Positions 1 through 10,898 of a DNA stretch of 63,131 nt are shown one piece after another. Made by a program: the position numbers and the translations under genes. Positions within the stretch are counted from its first letter, which is position 1; the number at the start of each line of letters is the position of its first letter. The stretch comes from Patescibacteria group bacterium (GTDB lineage Bacteria; Patescibacteriota; Minisyncoccia; Phycocordibacterales; WO2-35-19): NCBI GenBank assembly GCA_038064735.1, contig JBBTSI010000010.1, positions 1-63,131 of the forward strand, in the 5' to 3' direction. Under the pieces are notes generated by a model. It was not told the origin of the DNA. It worked only from the letters and a program-made list of their open reading frames with translations, and did not search any database.

Positions 1-75
1 TGGTGCCGGGGGGCGGGCTTGAACCGCCGACTTCTTCCTCTTCAGGGAAGCACTCTACCACTGAGTTACCCCGGC
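1..75 (-). tRNA. tRNA-Phe (anticodon GAA), CCA encoded
   Basis: Reverse complement folds manually as a cloverleaf: acceptor GCCGGGG/CCCCGGC, D arm ACTC-AGTGGTA-GAGT, anticodon arm CTTCC-CTGAAGA-GGAAG, T arm GGCGG-TTCAAGC-CCGCC, then ACCA. Confidence 0.9.
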
Positions 76-170
76 AAACATACTTACTTACCCAACTATC
101 ATAGCAAAAATTATAACTTTATCAACATATTATATTTATACAGTATAACTTATAATGCTATACTGAAAGC

Positions 171-545
171 ATGGCAATCTGTAAATTATGCAGTAAAGAA
201 TTTAAAAATTACGAACACAGCAATAGGACAAGGTGTGGTTCTTGTAATACCAAAATTAGACGATTTAGGGCTAAAGCATCTGCAATTAAACTCTTGGGAG
301 GAAAATGCCAAAAATGTGGCTGGCACGGAGACCAAGCGGCATTACAATTTCACCATAAAAATTCTGACGAGAAAGATTTTATTATTGGTAACGTGGCAAA
401 CAAAAGCTGGGATTCTATAAAATTAGAAATGCAAAAATGTATTTTATTGTGTGCTAATTGTCATATGATTGAGCACAGCTCAAAAAACGACAAAAAATTT
501 ATGAAAGAAGCCCTTGATTATAAGGGCAGGGAGCTTAAATTTTAA
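171..545 (+). CDS. HNH-type endonuclease-like zinc-ribbon protein
   Basis: 124-aa ORF with CxxC...CxxC pairs and C-terminal CANCHMIEH, typical of HNH nucleases; adjacent to a tRNA gene. Confidence 0.55.
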   Translation: MAICKLCSKEFKNYEHSNRTRCGSCNTKIRRFRAKASAIKLLGGKCQKCGWHGDQAALQFHHKNSDEKDFIIGNVANKSWDSIKLEMQKCILLCANCHMIEHSSKNDKKFMKEALDYKGRELKF

Positions 546-557
546 AAATCAAAATAT

Positions 558-812
558 TTATTTGCTCAACTTAAACAAATCGGTAAAACTTTTTAAATCT
601 ACTTTAACATTGCCATAAGCATTAATCGCACTATCTATATAAGGCTGTATATAGTAATAAATACCAATAGCGGCACCTATAATAATCACCCAATAAACCG
701 TACTAGCTACCCTACCCCAAAACATAGAGCGCTTGATGTTATGCAACATCTTATTGTTCTCTTGAGCAAGCTCAAGAGTTTTTTTCAGCATTTCTCTTTC
801 TTCGGGTTCCAT
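558..812 (-). CDS. small membrane protein, unknown function
   Basis: 84-aa ORF with one clear hydrophobic helix (VYWVIIIGAAIGIYYYI); no recognisable motif. Confidence 0.4.
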   Translation of the reverse strand: MEPEEREMLKKTLELAQENNKMLHNIKRSMFWGRVASTVYWVIIIGAAIGIYYYIQPYIDSAINAYGNVKVDLKSFTDLFKLSK

Positions 813-827
813 GAGGATATTATATCA

Positions 828-1061
828 TTAAATCCCGAGCAACGAAGAAATCTCTGACTGATCAAAACCAACCATTATTTTGCCATCAATGGAAATAACC
901 GGCACACCCATCTGCCCACTTTTATCGAGCATCTCTTGTCTTTTTTCTAAGTCAGTTAAAACATTATAATCTGTAAACGGAATATTTTTTTCTTTGAAAA
1001 AATCTTTGGCCATATGACAATAATGGCAAGTTGGCGTTGAATAGACAATTACATTTTTCAT
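828..1061 (-). CDS. glutaredoxin/NrdH-like redoxin
   Basis: MKNVIVYSTPTCHYCHMAKDFF... has the CxxC thioredoxin-fold signature. The ORF track extends to 1157, but that overlaps the Nudix gene, so the ATG at 1061 is preferred. Confidence 0.75.
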   Translation of the reverse strand: MKNVIVYSTPTCHYCHMAKDFFKEKNIPFTDYNVLTDLEKRQEMLDKSGQMGVPVISIDGKIMVGFDQSEISSLLGI

Positions 1062-1141
1062 GTTTTTTAAATTATGAATAAGTCCGAATATTATATCATC
1101 ATGTGATACGTGGCACACTTGAAAAAAGTTTAATCTCTTGT

Positions 1142-1633
1142 TTAGTGTCTTTTCCACACATATTTCTCCCCTTTTCTGAGCGCATCTGCCATCATCAGTT
1201 CATCATAAATACCATCAAGAAGTTCATAATTTTTCGTTTCTTCCGCACTAACCCATTCAGCTTTGTCAGTTTCGCCTTCTTGCAACCGTACTTCTCCACT
1301 TTTATAATCAGCAAGACATGAGATAACTATAGAAGCAGCGCCGTCTTTGTGTTCAGTAGCTAATGAAGTCACATATCTTACGTTTTCTATCTCCAATCCG
1401 ACTTCTTCACTTATTTCGCGCGTCAAAGCTTTTTCCAAAACGTTATACCAATAATGTTCCGTTTCTTTAGGAGAATTCATAAAATCTTCCGGGTCTAAAT
1501 GACCTCCGGGCACCGTCCACATTCCAGGAAATCTTTTTTTGCTTAAAGAACGTTGAGTAATAAGATATTTACCCTCTTTATTTGCAATTATCGCAGTGAT
1601 GACCACTTCAAATGGCGTATATTCTTGTGCCAT
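1142..1633 (-). CDS. NUDIX hydrolase
   Basis: Nudix box GGHLDPED...LTREISEEVGLEI (GX5EX7REUXEEXGU pattern). Confidence 0.8.
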   Translation of the reverse strand: MAQEYTPFEVVITAIIANKEGKYLITQRSLSKKRFPGMWTVPGGHLDPEDFMNSPKETEHYWYNVLEKALTREISEEVGLEIENVRYVTSLATEHKDGAASIVISCLADYKSGEVRLQEGETDKAEWVSAEETKNYELLDGIYDELMMADALRKGEKYVWKRH

Positions 1634-1654
1634 AAATTATTCTTAAATAATAGT

Positions 1655-2212
1655 TTAAAATTGCACTTTGACCGGCTCTTTAGCGGCCTCATTGCCTTCC
1701 AAACCAAAGAATTCCATCTTGGCAAACTTAAAAATGTTGGCGATAAGATTTGAAGGGAAAGTGTCAATAGAGATATTAAGGTCGCGCACATTGCCATTAT
1801 AAAACCTCCTTGATGCCTGAATTTTGTTTTCCGTATCAGAAAGTTCTCTTTGAAGTTCTAGGAAGTTTTGGTTGGCTTTTAAATCTGGATAAGCTTCAGC
1901 TACCGCAAAAAGAGATTTAAGTGCTCCTGAAAGCATATTTTCGGCTCCAGCTTTTTCAGAGAGAGTACCAGCACCTATAGCCATCGCTCTAGCTTTGGTC
2001 ACATTTTCAAAAGCAGTTGATTCATGAGTAGCATAACCTTTGACTGTATTTACCAAATTTGGAATAAGGTCATATCGGCGCTTCATTTGCACTTCAATAT
2101 CGCTCCAAGCCTCCTTAGCACGAGTGATGAGCCTGACAAAACGATTGTAGGCGAAAATAAACCAAACGACTACCGCGGCTACTACGATCAAAATAATTGT
2201 TGAGATTCCCAT
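1655..2212 (-). CDS. lemA: LemA family membrane protein
   Basis: N-terminal TM helix followed by YNRFV...AWSDIEVQMKRRYDLIPNLV, characteristic of LemA. Confidence 0.8.
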   Translation of the reverse strand: MGISTIILIVVAAVVVWFIFAYNRFVRLITRAKEAWSDIEVQMKRRYDLIPNLVNTVKGYATHESTAFENVTKARAMAIGAGTLSEKAGAENMLSGALKSLFAVAEAYPDLKANQNFLELQRELSDTENKIQASRRFYNGNVRDLNISIDTFPSNLIANIFKFAKMEFFGLEGNEAAKEPVKVQF

Positions 2213-2270
2213 AAAATTTGAATTAATTATAATAGACTTAAACTGACACTATTATAGCATAAATTAAGAC

Positions 2271-2305
2271 CAATAAAAAAGGTGCTCAAACAATCTTGAG
2301 CACCT
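2271..2305 (-). terminator. Rho-independent terminator downstream of groEL
   Basis: 10-bp stem AGGTGCTCAA/TTGAGCACCT; on the minus strand it is followed by TTTTTTATTGG. Confidence 0.65.
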
Positions 2306-2376
2306 CTCTTTTTCAAAGGGAACAAAGTACAGTACGGTTGAACACCAACCGCTTCTCTATTATATCATATTCTGGA

Positions 2377-4026
<1,650 letters not shown>

Positions 4027-4031
4027 TCAGA

Positions 4032-4406
4032 TTAATTTTTAATTACAGCCAAAATATTTTCTTCTTTCAAAATATAATATTCGACTCCTTCATATTTTAC
4101 TTCTTCATATCCATATCTGGAAAAAACAACCTTATCGCCAACTTTTATATTCATCGGCACTCTTTTGCCATTTTCCCACCTACCTTCGCCGGCAGCTATA
4201 ACAGTACCTTGTTCGGGTTTTTCTTTACTAACCGTATCAGGAATAATTATGCCCGAAGCCGTAGTGTTCATTTCTTCTTGAGAAACTGGCTTGAGTAAAA
4301 TCCTATCTCCCAGTGGCATTATTTTAAAATCCGCTTTTGAAAAACTTTGCTTATTATTTGAAGATTTCTTGACTACCTTTTTTTGAGTTTTTGCTTTCTT
4401 TTTCAT
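4032..4406 (-). CDS. groES: co-chaperonin GroES with Lys-rich N-terminal extension
   Basis: IMPLGDRILLKPV...GIIIPDT...VGDKVVFSRYG, immediately upstream of groEL; about 25 extra basic residues at the N-terminus. Confidence 0.92.
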   Translation of the reverse strand: MKKKAKTQKKVVKKSSNNKQSFSKADFKIMPLGDRILLKPVSQEEMNTTASGIIIPDTVSKEKPEQGTVIAAGEGRWENGKRVPMNIKVGDKVVFSRYGYEEVKYEGVEYYILKEENILAVIKN

Positions 4407-4493
4407 ATGTTTTTTAAATTTATAATAGTCTACTAAAGCGTCCGCATTATATTACATTTGAGGTCTTTTGCAATATAAGCACATAAACAAAAT

Positions 4494-4521
4494 TTGCCGG
4501 TTTTTACAGATATGCTATACT
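4494..4521 (+). promoter_or_regulatory. possible sigma70-like promoter for secG
   Basis: TTGCCG, 16 nt, then TGcTATACT (extended -10), about 13 nt upstream of the secG ATG; sequence pattern only. Confidence 0.3.
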
Positions 4522-4534
4522 TCTCCTCAACGTT

Positions 4535-4747
4535 ATGTTGGCATACATTCAAATAATTTTGGCAGTCATATTAGGCGCCCTTATCCTCATTCAGCAATCT
4601 GAAGGTTCTCTGGGTAGCGCTTTTGGCGGTGGCAGTATGGACGGCGCTGTCAGGACCAGACGCGGTCCGGAACTTTGGATATTTCGCAGTACTATCATCA
4701 TCGCCTGCCTCTTTGTTGCATCAACAGTTTTAAATTTGCTATACTAA
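4535..4747 (+). CDS. secG: preprotein translocase subunit SecG
   Basis: 70 aa, two TM helices with a Gly-rich linker GSLGSAFGGGS, typical of SecG. Confidence 0.8.
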   Translation: MLAYIQIILAVILGALILIQQSEGSLGSAFGGGSMDGAVRTRRGPELWIFRSTIIIACLFVASTVLNLLY

Positions 4748-4772
4748 AGCTTCGTAAAATTTTCTAAAATAA

Positions 4773-4886
4773 ATGAATCCCGTTAGAAATTGCGGAAATT
4801 AAAAATGAGTAATTCGTATTATTATTTAATAATAAATAGAGAAAACATGCTTAGGTATGTAATTTCCTATTTCTAAACGGGATGAA
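4773..4886 (+). mobile_element. MITE-like inverted-repeat element, copy E1 (CCCGTTAGAAAT family) with ATGAA duplication
   Basis: ATGAA-T-CCCGTTAGAAAT-tgc-GGAAATT ... AATTTCC-t-ATTTCTAAACGGG-ATGAA. The second ATG is the start codon of the 4882 gene. About 85-90 percent identical by eye to copy E5. Confidence 0.75.
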
Positions 4887-6582
4887 ATCAAAAATTACAT
4901 CCTTTTTTAATGCTTTATTTGCAAAAATGAAGTATTCGGAAAAAATATTTTTTTATATTGTTTCCTTAATTGCTATCGTAAGCGGTATAACGCTTTTATT
5001 CCAAATCAATAATTTATTTTTAGTTGAAGTGCCAGTTTCCGGCGGTAGCTTCACAGAAGGTATTGTTGGTTCTCCCCGATTTATAAATCCGGTATTAGCT
5101 ATTTCAGATACTGACAAAGATTTGTCTTCCCTTATATATTCAGGACTTTTAAAAGTTTCTGGTAATGGCGGTTTTGAAGTAGACTTGGCAAAATCATACG
5201 AAATTCAAAATGACGGCACTGTTATAGATTGCGTAATAAAAGACAATGCTTATTTTCACGATGGCAAAGCGGTAACCACTGATGATGTTATTTTCACTAT
5301 TGAAAAAGTTTTAGATGGAGTGGTCAAAAGCCCCAAAAAAGCTAACTGGGATGGAGTTTTGGTAGAAAAATTAAGCGATAAAGAAATCAAATTCACTCTA
5401 AAGAAACCTTATGCTCCTTTCCTATCAGCTTTAACTTTAGGTATTTTGCCCAAACATGTATGGGAAAAAGTTTCTTCAGAAGAATTCCCTTTTAGCGAAT
5501 TTAATATAAACCCAATCGGTTCCGGCCCTTACAAAGTAGAAAAAATTGGCAGAAATTCTGGTGGTATACCAAACATAATTACTCTATCTTCGTGGAAAAA
5601 ATATGTTTCCGGCGAACCAAAAATAAGTTCAATTGTTTTTAAATTTTTTCAAAACGAAACTGAGCTCGCAAAAGCTTACGGAGACAAAAGTATAGAAAGT
5701 ACATCTGGCTTAAACCCAACTTCTTTGAAAAAAGTGAACCCAAACAAAGACAATATTAATGAAGTTACTTTGCCGAGAGTTTTCGGTGTATTCCTCAATC
5801 AAAACACCGATGCTGTATTTTTAAATAAAGAAATCCGCCAAGCCTTGGAAATATCCGCCCCCAAGAAAAAAATAGTAGATGAAGTGCTTTTTGGATTTGG
5901 TAAAATACTAAGTGGTCCAACACCTGCTGATATAGAAGAAGATCCTCAAAAATCGGAAGGTAACATAGAAGCCGCCAAAACATTACTCTTAAACAGTGGC
6001 TGGAAAGCAAATAGTGATGGAATATTAGAGAAAAAGACCAAAAAAGATACTGTTTCTTTCAACTTCTCCATTTCCACTTCCGATGCACCTGAACTCAAGG
6101 CCACCGCTGAAATTTTAGCGACTACATGGAGACAGTTGGGTGCCTCAGTGGCAGTAAAAGTGTTTGAGGCCGGAGATTTGAGCCAAAATGTCATTAAACC
6201 AAGAAAATATGATGCCTTGCTTTTCGGTGAGGTAGTTGGAGCCGAAAGCGACCTTTATCCTTTCTGGCATTCTTCAGAACGCAATGATCCTGGACTCAAT
6301 ATTTCACTTTACACCAATATCACCGTCGATAAAGCATTGGAAGATATGCGAAAAGAAACCGATATTCAAAAACAACTTGCCAGTAAAAAAATAATAGTTT
6401 CAGAAATTAAAAATGATGTGCCAGCTATTTTCTTGTTTTCGCCCGATCTTTTGTACATCAAATCACCTAATGTAAAAAACGTCACTCTAAAAAATATTTC
6501 CTCTTCAAATGAAAGGTTCCTTTTTATTGATAAATGGTTTATAGAAACCGACAAAGTTTGGAGTTTTTTCGTTAAAAACTAA
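4882..6582 (+). CDS. ABC transporter substrate-binding protein, family 5 (peptide/nickel type), membrane-anchored
   Basis: 566 aa; N-terminal TM anchor, then a region typical of SBP_bac_5 proteins (FTEGIVGSPRFINP...YFHDGKAVTTDDVIFT). Confidence 0.75.
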   Translation: MKSKITSFFNALFAKMKYSEKIFFYIVSLIAIVSGITLLFQINNLFLVEVPVSGGSFTEGIVGSPRFINPVLAISDTDKDLSSLIYSGLLKVSGNGGFEVDLAKSYEIQNDGTVIDCVIKDNAYFHDGKAVTTDDVIFTIEKVLDGVVKSPKKANWDGVLVEKLSDKEIKFTLKKPYAPFLSALTLGILPKHVWEKVSSEEFPFSEFNINPIGSGPYKVEKIGRNSGGIPNIITLSSWKKYVSGEPKISSIVFKFFQNETELAKAYGDKSIESTSGLNPTSLKKVNPNKDNINEVTLPRVFGVFLNQNTDAVFLNKEIRQALEISAPKKKIVDEVLFGFGKILSGPTPADIEEDPQKSEGNIEAAKTLLLNSGWKANSDGILEKKTKKDTVSFNFSISTSDAPELKATAEILATTWRQLGASVAVKVFEAGDLSQNVIKPRKYDALLFGEVVGAESDLYPFWHSSERNDPGLNISLYTNITVDKALEDMRKETDIQKQLASKKIIVSEIKNDVPAIFLFSPDLLYIKSPNVKNVTLKNISSSNERFLFIDKWFIETDKVWSFFVKN

Positions 6583-6605
6583 TTAATAGTCCATCATTTA
6601 TAAAT

Positions 6606-8570
6606 ATGCAAGAACAACGCAGAAATAAAATCAGAAGTTTTCATGCTCCGGAAAAACCGAGAGTCTTAAAACCTACTACTTCAACTCATACTTCTCACAC
6701 AAGCAATCATCTTTCAAGAAATGCAGGTGGGCACACAAGAAATACTATGAGTAACGCAGCTACAACTCCGAGAAGAAGCTCTCGTCCTTTCTCTTCACGC
6801 AACAAACGTTTCGTAAATCCAAATGCCAGATTCGGTCTTGAAGAAAATCACAAACCAGATGCCAATTCCAAATCAGCTCCAGAAACCCTTTCTCTACCAA
6901 AAGTCGGAGAAAATGTAAGGATTATCCCTCTTGGTGGTGCTGAAGAAATCGGCCGAAACATGACCGCGATAGAAATTGGTGATGATATCATCGTCGTAGA
7001 TGCCGGTTTTCAATTCAAAGACGAAGACTCTCCAGGTATTGATTATATTTTACCAAACACCAAATATTTGGAAGAAAGGAAAGATAAAATCCGCGGTATC
7101 TTCATCACTCACGGCCACCTCGACCATATCGGTGGTATCCCTTACATAGTAGACCGTATCGGCTACCCGACTATTTACGCGAGACAATTCAGCGCCATCA
7201 TGATCCAAAAGCGCCAAGAAGAATTTACCAGTCTAAAACCGCTAGATGTAAAAGTTATTGATGGTGACGAAACTATTACCTGTGGCAAAATGAAAATTAC
7301 CACCTTCCCTATCTCCCACACCATTCCTGATTCCATGGGTCTCATTATTCATACTCCTTATGGCAATATCGTATTCATTGAAGACGTGCGTGTAGACAAC
7401 GTCAAAGGTGTACCGACTGCAGAAGAAGATAGACAATACGAAAGATTCAAAGGTATGAACGTCTTGCTCTTGACTATGGACTCGACTTCAATCGAGAAAC
7501 CGGGTTTTTCTCTCGCGGAAAATGTAGTGACTGAAAACATAGAAAAATTTATCAAAGGTTCTCATGGCCGTCTCATTATCGGCACCTTCGCTTCTCAAGT
7601 CGAACGTATCATCGCCATTATCAAAACCGCCGAAAAATACAACAAAAAAATAGCTGTGGAAGGCAGAAGTATGAAAACCAACTTGGAAATTATCAAACTC
7701 CTGAAACTTTCCGACATCACCAACATTATCCCGGTAGAAGAAATTGAAAATTATCCGCCAGACAGGATAGTCATGCTCGTGACCGGCTCTCAAGGTGAAG
7801 AATTCGCCGCTCTCATGCGCATCGCCAACAAAACTCACAAATACGTCAAACTCCGCTCGAGCGATACCATCTTGCTTTCATCATCAATCATCCCAACTAA
7901 CTACAAATCAATCGTGAAGCTCAAAGATAACCTCTACCGTTCGGAAGCCAAAGTCATCACTTATCTTGATTCCGACATTCATGCTTCAGGACACGGCAAC
8001 AGAGAAGAATTAAAATGGATTCACCAGAGAATCAATTACAAATTCTTCATGCCGGTGCACGGCAACCATTATATGCTTTGCCAGCACGCCGAACTTGCTC
8101 AGTCCATTGGTGCTCCAAGAGAAAATGTCGTCATTCCTGATAACGGTTCCATTGTAGAAATTTACGACAAAGGCACCAAAATAAAAATTCTCAAAGAAAA
8201 AGCTCCATCTGACCTCGTTATGGTTGACGGTTTCGCGGTCGGCGATGTTCAAGAAGTAGTCATCAGGGACAGGAAAATGCTCTCAGACGACGGCATGTTC
8301 GTGGTCGTCGCCATTGTTGATCTCAAGACCGGTAAATTACGCAAATCGCCAGATCTCATCTCTCGTGGTTTCGTTTACTTGCGTGAATCTCAAGAACTCC
8401 TCGGCCACACCCGCCTCATCATCAAAAAATCTATTGAAGAGAGTACTCGTGGTACCAACCCTATCAACTTTGATCTCATCAAGAGCAACGTAGCCGACGC
8501 GGTCGCCCGCTTCCTCTTCCAAAAAACCGCCAAACACCCTATCGTTATTCCGGTAATTTTGGGGGTTTAA
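6606..8570 (+). CDS. rnj: ribonuclease J with about 100-aa low-complexity N-terminal extension
   Basis: Metallo-beta-lactamase motif ITHGHLDHIGG, beta-CASP region and C-terminal domain; overall RNase J layout. Confidence 0.9.
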   Translation: MQEQRRNKIRSFHAPEKPRVLKPTTSTHTSHTSNHLSRNAGGHTRNTMSNAATTPRRSSRPFSSRNKRFVNPNARFGLEENHKPDANSKSAPETLSLPKVGENVRIIPLGGAEEIGRNMTAIEIGDDIIVVDAGFQFKDEDSPGIDYILPNTKYLEERKDKIRGIFITHGHLDHIGGIPYIVDRIGYPTIYARQFSAIMIQKRQEEFTSLKPLDVKVIDGDETITCGKMKITTFPISHTIPDSMGLIIHTPYGNIVFIEDVRVDNVKGVPTAEEDRQYERFKGMNVLLLTMDSTSIEKPGFSLAENVVTENIEKFIKGSHGRLIIGTFASQVERIIAIIKTAEKYNKKIAVEGRSMKTNLEIIKLLKLSDITNIIPVEEIENYPPDRIVMLVTGSQGEEFAALMRIANKTHKYVKLRSSDTILLSSSIIPTNYKSIVKLKDNLYRSEAKVITYLDSDIHASGHGNREELKWIHQRINYKFFMPVHGNHYMLCQHAELAQSIGAPRENVVIPDNGSIVEIYDKGTKIKILKEKAPSDLVMVDGFAVGDVQEVVIRDRKMLSDDGMFVVVAIVDLKTGKLRKSPDLISRGFVYLRESQELLGHTRLIIKKSIEESTRGTNPINFDLIKSNVADAVARFLFQKTAKHPIVIPVILGV

Positions 8571-8602
8571 CGAAAAATAAAAGGCTTAAATACAGCCATT
8601 TT

Positions 8603-8638
8603 AGAACGGCTCAACGACAACTCTCGTTGAGCCGTTCT
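8603..8638 (+). terminator. terminator hairpin, conserved-stem family (GAACGGCTCAACGA)
   Basis: AGAACGGCTCAACGA-caactc-TCGTTGAGCCGTTCT followed by a T-rich tract, 33 nt after the rnj stop. Confidence 0.7.
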
Positions 8639-8661
8639 CTATTTTCAGGTAGAATAGAGGG

Positions 8662-9813
8662 ATGAATTCAAAAAGAAGATTGGGGTTGGTGTATTTTGCG
8701 GGGTTTTTGATGGCGGGGCATTTCGCTTTGATTTCTTACGTTAACTCTTCCCTAGTGGGACAGTTTGTTGGTTTAAGTACTTTAAATATTTTATATATAG
8801 TAGGTTCTTTGTTAGATATTGTTTTGCTTCTCTTGGCTCCGTTTTTACTCCGTCGTTATGGTAACATTTTATCCTTCCTATTTTTCATCGCTTTGGAAAC
8901 TTTGGTGATTCTCGGTATGGGATTTTTGGCTTCACCTTCCATGATTATTTTCCTTTTCATTATCCAGCTCGGGCTCGGTTCGGTGCTTTATTTTTGGCTT
9001 GACCTTTGTTTGGAACAAGAAACAAAATCGGAAAATACTACCGGCAATAAAAGAGGTGGTCTTCTAACTTTTGCAAATATAGCGTGGGTTTTATCACCAT
9101 TAACCTTAACTTTTTTAATAGTCCAAAATGATTTTAGCCGAGTTTACTTTTTAGCGGGATTAATTTTGATTATTTTGTTGCCGGTAGTCGGTTTTTCTTT
9201 TAAAAATATAAAAACCAGCACTGCTAAAATAAAAGTGTTTTCCGGGTTTAAATTGTTGTGGGAAGAGAAAGACCAGCTGAGGATTGCCTCTGTTCAATTT
9301 TTCCTGAACTTTTTTTATTCCTGCATGGTGATTTATCTGCCTCTGCTCCTCTCAAAAGAAATTGGTTTTAGTTGGGAGAAAATAGGATTAATGCTACCTA
9401 TCATGCTTTTGCCATTTTTGATTTTCCAGTGGCCGGCCGGTTTTTTGGCTGACAAAAAATTTGGTGAAAAAGAAATTTTAATTGCCGGTTTCCTCATCAT
9501 ATCTATCACCACATTTTGTATTCCTTTTATTTCTACACCCATATTTTGGATTTGGGCAGTTGTTCTTTTTGGTACCCGTATAGGCGCCAGCCTGGTGGAA
9601 ATAGCCAGCGAAAGTTACTTCTTCAAACACGTTAAAGAAAAAGATGTCAGCGAAATAAGTGCCTTCCGCATGATCCGTTCATTCTCCTATGTTTTAGCCC
9701 CTATTGTCGCTTTGCCGATAGTTTATTACTTTTCTTATTCTGCCGTTTTCTTTTTCTTGGCTTTCTTCATAATCTTCGGTATATTCTTCATACCGAAAGT
9801 TGATACCAAATAA
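8662..9813 (+). CDS. MFS-type transporter
   Basis: 383 aa, about 12 predicted hydrophobic helices in a 6+6 arrangement. Confidence 0.6.
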   Translation: MNSKRRLGLVYFAGFLMAGHFALISYVNSSLVGQFVGLSTLNILYIVGSLLDIVLLLLAPFLLRRYGNILSFLFFIALETLVILGMGFLASPSMIIFLFIIQLGLGSVLYFWLDLCLEQETKSENTTGNKRGGLLTFANIAWVLSPLTLTFLIVQNDFSRVYFLAGLILIILLPVVGFSFKNIKTSTAKIKVFSGFKLLWEEKDQLRIASVQFFLNFFYSCMVIYLPLLLSKEIGFSWEKIGLMLPIMLLPFLIFQWPAGFLADKKFGEKEILIAGFLIISITTFCIPFISTPIFWIWAVVLFGTRIGASLVEIASESYFFKHVKEKDVSEISAFRMIRSFSYVLAPIVALPIVYYFSYSAVFFFLAFFIIFGIFFIPKVDTK

Positions 9814-9823
9814 TTTAAAAGTT

Positions 9824-10480
9824 TTATTGACTCTTCAAAGCGTCGTTGATTATCACTCTAAAAGCATCAACGGAGGCGGGATTTTGGATTTGCTTACCGT
9901 TTACAAAGAATGACGGTGTGCCTTGCAGTTTCAATTTGATAGCGTCAGCTCTTTGAGATTTAACAAAGTCTGCAACTTCCTTGGATGCAATATCAGTTTT
10001 AAATTGAGGAATAGAAATACCCAAAAGAGTAACGTAAGATTCAAACAAAGACTCTGGATCTTTAGCGTTAGCCCACTCTTCTTGCTTCTCAAAAAGTAGG
10101 TTGTGCATTTCCCAAAACTTACCTTGTTTGCCCGCCGCTTGCGCCGCTCTAGCAGCAATATCAGCATTGGCATGTATTTCAGTTAAAGGAAAATAACGAT
10201 AAACAAAGGCTACTTTATCTCCAAACTCTACCATCAATTCTTTCATGACCAAGTAGTAATTACGACATGCTGGACATTGAAAATCACTGTATTCTACTAT
10301 CACAACTTTAGAGTCTTTTTTACCTTCTATATTATCAGACGAACTTATAACCCCTACATCAAAAGTGGGTTTGGGACTATTAGGACTTGCGCTTTTTACA
10401 GCCCAAAACATCAAGGTTATCAACACTAATATAATTCCACCCATCCAAATGTAACTTTTCATATTTGTATATGCTATCAT
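9824..10480 (-). CDS. DsbA-family thiol:disulfide oxidoreductase, membrane-anchored
   Basis: N-terminal TM, then VEYSDFQCPACRNY (CPxC active site) in DsbA-like context. Confidence 0.8.
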   Translation of the reverse strand: MIAYTNMKSYIWMGGIILVLITLMFWAVKSASPNSPKPTFDVGVISSSDNIEGKKDSKVVIVEYSDFQCPACRNYYLVMKELMVEFGDKVAFVYRYFPLTEIHANADIAARAAQAAGKQGKFWEMHNLLFEKQEEWANAKDPESLFESYVTLLGISIPQFKTDIASKEVADFVKSQRADAIKLKLQGTPSFFVNGKQIQNPASVDAFRVIINDALKSQ

Positions 10481-10508
10481 ATCTTTATTAAGAATAAAAA
10501 TTAATTAT

Positions 10509-10895
10509 ATGACATACATAAACAATATAGAAAAAGATACGCTGGAGAACGATAATTTTAGAAAAGTTTTAAATACCACCGACAAAAGCCAACTCGTAGT
10601 GATGTCACTTTTGCCAGGTGAAGAAATCGGTAACGAAGTGCATGAGGATATCGACCAGTTTATCAGAGTAGAACAAGGTTCGGGCAAAGCCGTTTTAAAT
10701 AACAATGAAGAATTTGAATTGGAAGACGGTTCCGCCGTTGTCGTCCCTGCCGGTACTTGGCACAACATCATAAACACCAGCGAAACCGCCAAAATGAAAC
10801 TCTACACTATTTACACTCCTCCAGAACACGCCGACGGCACCATCCACGAAACTAAAGCTGATGCTCTAGCTAGTGATGAACATTACGGGAAATAG
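10509..10895 (+). CDS. cupin domain protein
   Basis: GEEIGNEVHEDIDQFIRVEQG...VVVPAGTWHNIIN matches the two cupin motifs. Confidence 0.7.
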   Translation: MTYINNIEKDTLENDNFRKVLNTTDKSQLVVMSLLPGEEIGNEVHEDIDQFIRVEQGSGKAVLNNNEEFELEDGSAVVVPAGTWHNIINTSETAKMKLYTIYTPPEHADGTIHETKADALASDEHYGK

Positions 10896-10898
10896 ATT

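Noticed and set aside
1062-1157. 32-aa N-terminal extension of the glutaredoxin-like ORF
   Set aside because: It overlaps the 3' end of the Nudix gene. MKNVIVYSTPTCHYC is the canonical beginning of such redoxins.
4407-4534. CIRCE (HrcA) operator upstream of groES
   Set aside because: No TTAGCACTC-N9-GAGTGCTAA-like inverted repeat is visible on either strand of the groES upstream region.
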